Assembly (NCBI GenBank): GCA_047495785.1
Contig: JBLDXI010000033.1
Location: 1,736,001 to 1,800,000, forward strand
Source of the DNA: Lepidodermella squamata
Lineage: Eukaryota; Animalia; Gastrotricha
DNA length: 64,000 nucleotides
Direction: 5' to 3'
Both the position numbers and the translations under genes were made by a program. Below the pieces are notes generated by a model that was not told where the DNA came from, made no database searches, and was given only the letters and a program-made list of their open reading frames with translations. Positions 28,513-37,532 of the stretch are shown one piece after another. Each line of letters starts with the position of its first letter. The stretch's first letter is position 1.

Positions 28513-30095
28513 TTAGAAAAAGACGGGACGAGCATCATTCGGATTCTGATCAATATTTGGGCAATACGGGCAGCGGATTCGATTGCCGACTGCAAGTTTT
28601 GTAAGCACTTCGCGACTGATCACGTGACCACAGGCCAGTCGAAGTGGCGGGTTAGATGGTGTGGTCTGCTGCTTAAGAATAGGGCATGCGAAAATCGAAT
28701 GAAATACACAGTCGTCAGATATCGGAATCTCGATCGGAAGTTCGGATTCCATGTCACGCAGGAATCCCTGTGAAATCATATAAACAATAGTAACTTGAAC
28801 TTGATAATGAAGTCCGAACAACGTACCTGACATTGACGCTTTTGAACGACTTGAATAATTTGGAACAGGGGAGGTACCGCACGGCATCCTACTGCTATTG
28901 CGGTTTCCACTGCAGCTCGTTTCGGCAAACCAAGCAATTGACAGGCTGTTTTGTGGAGCATATCAGCGGCTGAAACCCACGCGCTGGGTGACAGCTGCAA
29001 CAAGTCTTGGTACGGAGTCGATGGAGCGGAGGCCAACTGACCCGGATTATTAGCGGTGGGCGAAACGGCAATGGGGGATGTTGGCGTCTGAACATTGCGG
29101 CCAGGTCCAGCGAAAGCCAAGCATCCCATCAAACTCTGAACTGCTGCCGGGTAACGGCTAGCGAAAGGGCTCAATTTCCTGGCAAGTTCCAGCATGCGTT
29201 TCCTCCATGTGATCGCTTCCGCGCCACTCTTCTCAGCACCACTTGAGAGCTCAGCTAGAAAGGCTAGGCGATGTAGCTCAAATTCAACGGGACTTCCTAT
29301 GGCTTCAAGTTCACTTCTATGGCGTTCGCACCATCTAAAAAACATTACTGTTAGTAAAGACAATTTTGACTTGATGAGACATACATTGCTGCCAAAGTTA
29401 TGTCGTGGCCTTTCTTAACGGCATCAACAACTCGATTAAGTTCAGCAATAGCTTCACAGCTGACTACATTAGTTTGGTCAAGTTTGAGATCGCAAGAATC
29501 GACTTGAGCTTCCTAAAAAGTCATAAACTAATTTATAAAAAATGTGATATGGATGGTCGCATGACATACCTTAATTAATTCGTCAGCAACGTCTAAAAGG
29601 CCATGCTGAATAAAGCATTCGTGAATGGCTTGTAGAACGCATTTCTTCGACTCCATATCCTCGAGGGAGTGAACCTCGCCAATGACAGATCCAAATTCGA
29701 GGACGAAAGACTTCAAAAATACAGATAAACTTGAAACTTCAGAATAAGGTATTGTTCTTACCTTGTCAATGTCCTTGCCGAGTTTTGACACCAATCCATG
29801 AACATCTCGATGTTCTTTTACAGAAGTATTGGTCCAGTCCGAAATTTCCTTAACAAGTTGGTACAAAAGAACGCGTTGCAACGACGATAATTCGGTGTTT
29901 CCAGCTTCCGCTAAACGAAAAAAGTACTCATTTCATCGGATAACGAAATAGTAGCTATTTAATACCATTTCTCTGAATTTCCGATCTTAATGCTTGAATG
30001 CGGCTGATGAATTCGTCATAACTACGAGAAACGTCGTCGCGATGAGAAGTAAGTTTGGACAACGTTTTACTGACTCCGCTGTCTATCTCCATCAT
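28513..30095 (-). CDS. RMND5: CTLH/GID E3 ligase subunit RMND5/GID2, multi-exon
   Basis: EHRDVHGLVSKLGKDIDK; LisH/CTLH (VEFELHRLAF); C-terminal ELPIEI...FHSIFACPILKQQTT...LACGHVIS...CPYCP degenerate RING. Confidence 0.92.
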
Positions 30096-31549
30096 TAATA
30101 AGCCTAAAGGCGGAACACGTCAATCATCACAAAACGTTTGCATGATTTCTATGTTTTCAGATGGGTATAATTATAGGCCGATCTACTTGCAGAATTGCGT
30201 GATAATTATTTTTCGAGAAAGAAGAAGTTGCTTCTGCCCAGAGCTCCAACAACCCGGTAATATCGTATCAGCATTCCTGGCCGACAGAACCGTCCAAGTT
30301 CGGGTCGGCGAGCTCTGGGTCAAACCAAACTGCGTATTGTCGAAGAGACAGGATATCTTGGCGTAACTTCTCAGGATATGCGGCGATTTGGTGAAATGGT
30401 GCAAACGGCAAAAAGGCGGTGCCCTTTACAGTGTCAGCTGCCGTAGTTCGCTACTGAGCTCGTAAAATCTACGGCGCCGAGCTGTATTTGTGAGCATCAA
30501 GGAATTCCAGGACTTCGCAAAAAAGTGTCTTGATCCCACGTCTCTCGCAGCCGACAAAGCATGACACAAAGTCGTGTCCGTCAACTTTTGTCCGCTTAAT
30601 TACTTAAGAAAGTCTATCCTCCTTCCGCCTACTACACACTCAGTCCGTCCGAAAGACGCAACAGACGAGGTTCCCAAACAAAACAAACAACCCAAATCTG
30701 ACGATACCCCGACGATACGTCGCCGGCCATCTTGTAACCCTCTAGCAAAAAAAATAAATATATTTTCAAATAATAATGCTGTCGCAAAAATATTGCCAGA
30801 CTTTTACTATTAAATAAATTACGAAATTATCGTTTTTATTAACTTGTCAAAACTACAGTGCGCACAAAAAGTCAGGTCCCATCCTGTTTTCCGCTGCAGC
30901 GAGAGCTACCGCTCAGAAATTAAAATAAATTAAAAAATTGAGAGAAAATATGAATTCCGTTGCGAAATTTGAAAAATAAATGCACAGAAAAACATGACGC
31001 TAAAACCCTCAATCCAGGTTGAGCGGGGAAAGTTGTGAAGTAAGGGATTCTTTGTTTTGGATTATCTCGAAATCTAGGACGGTTGCACCCCAGGATTTCT
31101 CGAATCTACCAGTCGTCAGGTTTCGAAGAATCCGATTTAATAACAGAATACACATGTTACCGTCTTCAATTCTGATATACATACCCTTGAAATAGAGCAC
31201 TTTCTGCAAAAAAACGACATTTTCCACTGGATTTGAACATAATTTTTACTTTCCCTCAGATCCAAGCACGGTAACCACATAGTTTTTTTAGCATGCCTTA
31301 AAGGTTGAAACTCCGCGAGTATTTTTGGTTCATAAAACCCTTGTGTTACCGTTTTCAAAATTTAGGTTCTTAAAGAATTGAATAACGCCTGCAACATCCC
31401 AGCCAAATTGATAAATTAAATTTGAGCCCAATTCAAAAGTTGAAACGGTAACATGTCCTTTTTATTTGCGTGCTTTAAAGAATCGAGATATGAGATTAGT
31501 TTTTCGTAAAGAAATCCATAAGGTTCCGTGTTCTTTTTCTAGATTCACC

Positions 31550-32197
31550 ATGTCTTCGCCCAGCTCTGCCAGTTCTGATCTTCAGGACGAAATTAACTGC
31601 AAAGTCTACGATATTTGCCGGAAACCCGCGCCTTCCTCAATCTTTTCGACACCATATATTTTTTACTTCTTCTCCGACTTCTTCTCGTTTTCTCTGACAT
31701 CGTCCTTGATCATTTTAATGTTCTGCGTCCTCAAGATCACGTCTTTCGCCCTGTATGGTAAATTTTTCAGTCTCATCTTTTGCATCATTCGACTTGTTTT
31801 AATCCTGGCTTTGTTGCTTTATTTTAGTGGATTTTCTTTTCTTCTTGGATTTTTGTTTCTTGCCATTGATTTTCATCCGTTTTTTCTTCATATTTTTACT
31901 CAGTCAAAGCATTATTGCGCTCTGCTGATGAAATTTCCTCCTTCTACGGATAAACCTATCTCGCTTGCCGAATTTGATCGCCTTTCAATAGATTACACGA
32001 ATTCGGAGTTGCAAAAGCTGAGAAATTACGTCATGAGTCCCCAATGCAATCAATGGAACCTCGTTCTGCGCCTTCGCAATGCAACACAGTTCGCATATGC
32101 TATCGATAACAATGAGATGAGGGACTGCAACTTTATGCCCGAAGTCGGTGATGAGAAATCTGAGGCTGACAGCATTAGCTCACTTGATTCGGATTGA
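31550..32197 (+). CDS. Transposon passenger: truncated NEMP/TMEM194-like nuclear-envelope membrane protein (~215 aa)
   Basis: Several hydrophobic segments followed by FPPSTDKPISLAEFDRLSIDYTNSELQKLRNYVMSPQCNQWNLVLRLRNATQFA and an acidic tail, resembling the NEMP1 C-terminal region (LLTEEEY...[34 protein letters not shown]). Confidence 0.75.
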   Translation: MSSPSSASSDLQDEINCKVYDICRKPAPSSIFSTPYIFYFFSDFFSFSLTSSLIILMFCVLKITSFALYGKFFSLIFCIIRLVLILALLLYFSGFSFLLGFLFLAIDFHPFFLHIFTQSKHYCALLMKFPPSTDKPISLAEFDRLSIDYTNSELQKLRNYVMSPQCNQWNLVLRLRNATQFAYAIDNNEMRDCNFMPEVGDEKSEADSISSLDSD

Positions 32198-32379
32198 GAA
32201 CTTATGCCGTAATTTCTCTACTCACAACTCCGAACTAGTCTAATCTATTGCGAGACTTTCAATTAGGCATTTAACTTTGTTCTCTTCATCTCCATTTTTC
32301 ATGTCCCTAATCTGTAATTGTGTAACTACGAAAATGAAATTTTTACTAATTTTCAGTCTTTTGTTTTATAGATATTATT

Positions 32380-33507
32380 ATGTTCACAACTGAGGAGAGA
32401 ATATTTGCTTTCAATAATACCAAAGTTCCCTACCGACAGTTTTGTGAAGCTTGGCGAAATCGGTTTGAAAGTAACCCCCCGAACAGAAAATACCGCCTAC
32501 GTCTTGTCAAGAAATTTAATCAGTCAGGATCGATCCATAACTTGCCGCGATCAGGTAGACCGCGCTCTGCTAGAACGGACGAAAATATTTATCACACTGC
32601 GATTGCGTTATGTGAAGACATTGCTGACCCCGAAGTTAATATTTCAGTTACGAGGCCGCGTGTCGAGGATATTGCGGACCATCTTATGATTTCCAAACAA
32701 AGCGTGCGCAATATCATACGTTTCAACTTGAAATGGCGATGCAAAACTGCATGCAGAGTCCATCAGCTGAATCAACAAGACATTTATCGCCGAGCAAACT
32801 TTTGTAGTGCAGCTCGAAGAATGCTGGAGATAGATCCGAACTTCCTGGATATGATAGTGTGGACCGATGAAGCACTGTTCACGCTCAATGGAACAGTGCG
32901 TACTAGTTACTTGCGCTATTGGGGCGACCCGGCTGATCGAAGGAAATATTACTCAAAGCGCCGTGAGCACAGTGGCGTCATGGTATCCATTGGTTTGTGG
33001 AGATATGGCATTCTGGGTCCATTCTTCTTTGATGACTTGCCACGGCTTGAGCCAAACCGACCCAAGGATAGGATCAACGCGGAAAAATATTGTCAGCTTC
33101 TTAAAGAGCGCTATTTTCCTGAAATTAATAGGCAATTTCCAATGACCGACAGCGAGTTGCGATCTGATGTTTGGTTCCAACTCGACGGCGCGCCCATTCA
33201 CACCGCCACTCAAACAAAGTATCTGCTTAACTTGCATTTTCCGGAGCGCTGGATAGGAAACAAAGGGCCTATGAATTTTCCTCCTTACTCGCCCGATTTA
33301 ACGCCACTGGATAATAGTTATTGGGGCGTTCTTCGTACGCGGGTTTATCGCCGTCGGCCATCTACTCTTCCTCATCTCAAATGGCTCATTGAAGAGGAGT
33401 GTAAAGCCATGTCACTGGACTATATTGAAAAAATTTGCACAGTGGAAATGAAAAGACGAATCAAACTTGTGTGTCAAGAAAACGGAAACTTCATCGAACA
33501 CATTTGA
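32380..33507 (+). CDS. DD41D transposase (375 aa, uninterrupted)
   Basis: N-terminal HTH and RSGRPRS linker; catalytic WTDE, QLDGAPIH and YSPDLTPLD with 41 residues between the second and third Asp. Confidence 0.95.
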   Translation: MFTTEERIFAFNNTKVPYRQFCEAWRNRFESNPPNRKYRLRLVKKFNQSGSIHNLPRSGRPRSARTDENIYHTAIALCEDIADPEVNISVTRPRVEDIADHLMISKQSVRNIIRFNLKWRCKTACRVHQLNQQDIYRRANFCSAARRMLEIDPNFLDMIVWTDEALFTLNGTVRTSYLRYWGDPADRRKYYSKRREHSGVMVSIGLWRYGILGPFFFDDLPRLEPNRPKDRINAEKYCQLLKERYFPEINRQFPMTDSELRSDVWFQLDGAPIHTATQTKYLLNLHFPERWIGNKGPMNFPPYSPDLTPLDNSYWGVLRTRVYRRRPSTLPHLKWLIEEECKAMSLDYIEKICTVEMKRRIKLVCQENGNFIEHI

Positions 33508-33733
33508 CAGTTTATTTTCGTTGACGATAATTTATTTGAATTTTTGTATTTGTATGTTGAGTTACTAGTCAAATATTGTTTTACTGTCTTCCTAGTCAAC
33601 ATGCATGCAATATTAAAATTAAAATAAAATGACTTGTAGCACCAGACTTTTACTATTGAGGCACGAAATTATAGGCAAGATTGTAATGCAACGAATATAT
33701 TTTAGTCAGTGCAGTGATCATGCAGATGAAACC

Positions 33734-34687
33734 TTATCTGCGTCTTCTTGGGACAGTGAAGCGTCCAGTGCCGTCTCTGCTTACTTCTTCCACGAGCTGA
33801 GTAGGCAGCCAGCTCTTAGCACGCTCATACATCCTCTTTCCGAGGCCAATTATGATATACCAGACATCAGATTTCGTAAAGACGAAAATCCATCTAATGA
33901 TAATGCAGATGGTGGATTCTTCCAGCATCAAGCTCTAAAAATATCGAAGTCAGGTTTATTGAGAAAGTCTGTCTTGGGTACTTACGAGAGCCAAACCGAC
34001 AGTCGTGTAATATGTCGCGGCAATTATGAACTCCCCGATGGCACAAAATAATATTTGTAGCAGCAATTCCTCGCAGCCAAGCTTGAGAAATGATTTGCAC
34101 ATCATCCATAGCGCAATTATAATGAGGTAAAAAATCAATTGGCCTTTTTTGAACGATTCTTGCTGATGAGGTAGCATTAGAATTTGGGAGATAGCTACTC
34201 TCCAAAGAGGATATTCCAGAATGAATTCGTTAAACTTTGTCCTGACTTCCAAAAAGCCGGCGAAAAAGTCATTGACCGTGTCTATCGCAATCGATTTGGC
34301 ATCAAATTTAACACCGGCGCAATAGCCCGGAATTTCAGGATAATACGCTGCGTAGACGTCCAGATCTTTCTCATCATAACTTGCATAGCAAGTCTTCCAG
34401 TTCTCGGCTGCGCTGCAATTTTGCGTCTTCCTTCCTTCTCGCTCAGCTTCGCAAACAACAAGCTCGAATGCTAAGCGGCGATAATCAGGAGTCTCATCAC
34501 TTTTGCATTTCGCGTCAGCATTAGAAATCCATTCTTTGAAACATTTTTGCTTTCTCGTTAGGAGCATTTCTTTGAATTTTCTTCCAGAAATGATTCGCAA
34601 TTGGTCAACTTCAAGAGAACTCGTTTTATCGGCAGGGATAACGCCCTGAACTAACATCGGCAGCCAGATTGCAATAAGACGGATCAT
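33734..34687 (-). CDS. Transposon passenger: Brambleberry/GEX1/Kar5-like nuclear membrane fusion protein (2 exons, ~300 aa)
   Basis: Signal peptide; six-Cys domain C-x11-C...RLAFELVVCEAEREGRKTQNC-x8-C-x22-C; C-terminal TM segments. A 51-nt GTAAGT...TTTTAG intron (33935-33985) joins ORF 33734-33931 in frame. Confidence 0.85.
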
Positions 34688-34835
34688 TCCAGCAACTTGC
34701 AAGTAAAATTAATATAATAATTCCTACATCAAAGATACAATCTAGAATCAAAGAAAGTTATTAAGTAAAATTTGAGCTAAAATCTGAATAGAAAAATTAC
34801 ATATGTTGCAAAATGAGCATAGTAAACATGTAATT

Positions 34836-35268
34836 TTAGTCTAGTTTCACCCCCGCACGATCAAAAGTCACTTGCTCGTTGTTAGCAACAAACTCAATTG
34901 CACCTCCTCTGCCCTCCTCGACAGCTACAGGACGGACTCGCCTTTTCAGCGTCTTCTTAATTAGTAATGTGAACAGGATGATTATGACTAAAAACATCAC
35001 CGCCGCCACAGCCGCAAGGCCGACTATTGCTCTATGTACAAAAGAAGATATGACTCTATTATTGTTGACGAAAACAAATATCATACTCCTTGTGGTCAAA
35101 TAATTGCACCGGGGTACTGGCTGACGGATGGCTTTGGGCCTCTGGTTCAGGTTCTTCCGACGTTCCAGCGCTGTGTAGGGATGTGGCTGTGGCTGTAACT
35201 GTGGTAGGTTGCAAGGTCGGTTGGGTTGAGCAGATCGCCCACAAAAGGCAAAGGGGAGATTCATCCAT
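34836..35268 (-). CDS. Transposon passenger: small mucin-like single-pass membrane protein (2 exons, 125 aa)
   Basis: Ser/Thr/Pro-rich N-terminal part, 55-nt GTATGA...CATAG intron (35032-35086), TM AIVGLAAVAAVMFLVIIILFTLLI followed by KKTLKRR. Confidence 0.7.
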
Positions 35269-35855
35269 GATTTTCTATAAAATTCTATTTAGAATGAGGG
35301 TAAGACGATGAGAAGATCTTGTGAGCAAATGTGCAGGAGATTACAGCGTCGAGACTACGGAAATAGCAACTGACGACTGCGGGCGAGTGCGAGAAAGGCT
35401 GAGCAACTGACCTACTATGTACTTCTAAACCGCCTTTGTTTCCCGTTTCCCCCCGTTTCCCCTGGCAACAGACGTCCGTTATTTTAATTTTAATTCATAA
35501 AAATTATTAATTATCAATTTTGACAACATATTTCTAATTATTTTCAAATTTTACCCGCGAATTTCCGGGTGAGCGGGGTGGGACCTGACTTTTTGTGCGC
35601 ACTGTATATTGAAAACACGCGCGCGACTTGGATTTCGAGGAGAAGTTTGGTAGCGAATGAAACGCTTTTTGCCCTGGATCCTTGTTGTGTTGTGCCTAAA
35701 TAACGCTATTACTGCCGTTTATCATAATCAAATTCAGGGTTTGTTACCTTTCTCTCTGGTTATCAACTCATTTCAGTGTTTCACGCGACCAGCCGTTGTG
35801 GTTTTAGAGGTTTTACTGTTTGTTGAGTTTTACAAGTGACTGCTGGAAAATCGAA

Positions 35856-37466
35856 ATGGTAACGTTAAATGGCATCCGAAGCTTTCATCTTATATGTATC
35901 ATTTTTCCAGAGCAAGCAACGCTCCCGTCGCTTTGATAAGAAAAGCGCTCTGAAGTTCCGTCTCACCCCTGGTGGTCAACTGCCAATAGATTTACGCGAT
36001 GGTGACCACGATTCCAACGAGGCATGATTGATCCAAAATTTTCTAGTTGATTACTTATTAACATTGCTATGCCAGGTCATATTGGATGATGAGGCTCGGA
36101 AGGCGGAGCAAGTAAAGTATGGGATTTTCTACGATGATGAATACGACTACCTGCAACATCTCAAATCTTCTGCCGATGTTACCCAAGTCGATATGACCGA
36201 CTTGAAAGTTGGTGCAATCGCTGACAAAAAGAATTGGATATTTCCTTCTGGATTTATGGCTGAAAAGATTGCTCAAATTGAAAACGACGCTGGTAAATAT
36301 ATCAAAATTTTGTTAAAACTATGTTTATTTAGCCTACCTGCAGAATCGATTGATGACAGCGATATCTCTGAAGTTGATCACATGTTGGAAATGGAGGGCG
36401 TTATTGAAGATGGGGAATTAGACGAAGATTTTATCATCAAAGCCAACGGAGGGCAACTTCCGATGCTCGATGACCATGGACTAATAGTCCAGGGTCAACC
36501 GAACAAGTCTGCTGGGCGGACTGCTACGGATTTTTTTGAAGATGACTATGGCAGCTCTGGATCGGATGATGACAATATGGAAGCCTACTTTGATAAGAAC
36601 TGTCAGATCAGCACGGCTCCTCACAGCACTAACCAGGATCGTTCCCTTCTTGATGAACGTTTCGCTAAGATTTTAGAGGGCTACGACGATGACGATATTG
36701 GTGCTCTTGAGGACGAAGTGATTGCCGGTGGCTCTCTGCAACCGGACGATGATCTTTTCAAGCAAGCCGAGGAGGATTTTCAGAAGAGGCGTGTCGTGAA
36801 GACTAAACCTGCTCCACCCTCAACGACGTTACCTGAAAAATCAACAACGTACGTCTAACTCATGAGTTTTCGATTAAATACAAATTCCGATATTTTACAG
36901 TTTTGTTGCTGCAAAAAAGGAATCTTGCAGATATTCCGAAGAAGAGGCTATAACCGAAGAAGAAGAAGAGGAAGAATTTGAGAGAGTGAAAGTTGCCGTG
37001 AAACCTAAACCTACTCAGCTGCTCAACTGCGAATCAATTTTATGTATGCCCATGAGCTTGAGAACGCTGGATAATCATTAATTTTATTTCAGCTTTATCA
37101 TCAAGCTGCATGCCTAGCCACTGTCCAAAAATCATATCTGATAGCGGCAAAAATCGTCAAAAAGTACCTTCTAAATTAGCAAACATTTCCAATGCGCCTG
37201 CTCAAATAGCCGAGGAGTCAAGCTCAGAGTCAAGCGACGAAGAGGATGCTAGTTCGGAGGAAGGTGATACACCAAAGAATCAGCAATTCATTCGCCGAAA
37301 GGGCGAAACTGCCGAGGAAAGGAAACAGAGAAAAGCGGCAGCAAAGCAATTGAAAAAAGAACGCAGAAATCAGAAAAAGGTTCTGAAAGATGTTTTCGGA
37401 AGAGAGAAGGGCGCTGCGGAGCGTCAAATAGCGACTGCTTTAACAGCAGCCGCTCGCCTTGTTTAA
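35856..37466 (+). CDS. LTV1: 40S biogenesis factor LTV1, multi-exon
   Basis: RFDKKSALKFRL; RKAEQVKYGIFYDDEYDYLQHLK; RSLLDERFAK...YDDDDIGAL; C-terminal RRKGETAEERKQRKAAAK...F. Confidence 0.92.
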
Positions 37467-37532
37467 TAAAATTCCAGTATATCGTATAGTTAATTCGTTC
37501 TCTTTTGAATTTAGAGATCAGTTTTACATCTT

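Larger units (their letters stand above)
30856..35604 (+). mobile_element. Tc1/mariner superfamily DNA transposon (DD41D rosa/Visitor-type), 4749 bp, carrying three passenger genes
   Basis: Perfect 26-bp TIRs CAGTGCGCACAAAAAGTCAGGTCCCA (30856-30881; reverse complement 35579-35604). TA on both flanks (30854-30855, 35605-35606). Intact transposase inside. Confidence 0.93.

Noticed and set aside
31758-31827. Intron within the NEMP-like passenger
   Set aside because: The GT...AG candidate is 70 nt and would shift the frame; the unspliced frame is already open.
33629-34051. 140-aa plus-strand ORF inside the transposon as a fourth passenger
   Set aside because: It overlaps the intron and second exon of the Brambleberry-like gene on the opposite strand, which has canonical splice sites; no recognisable motifs.
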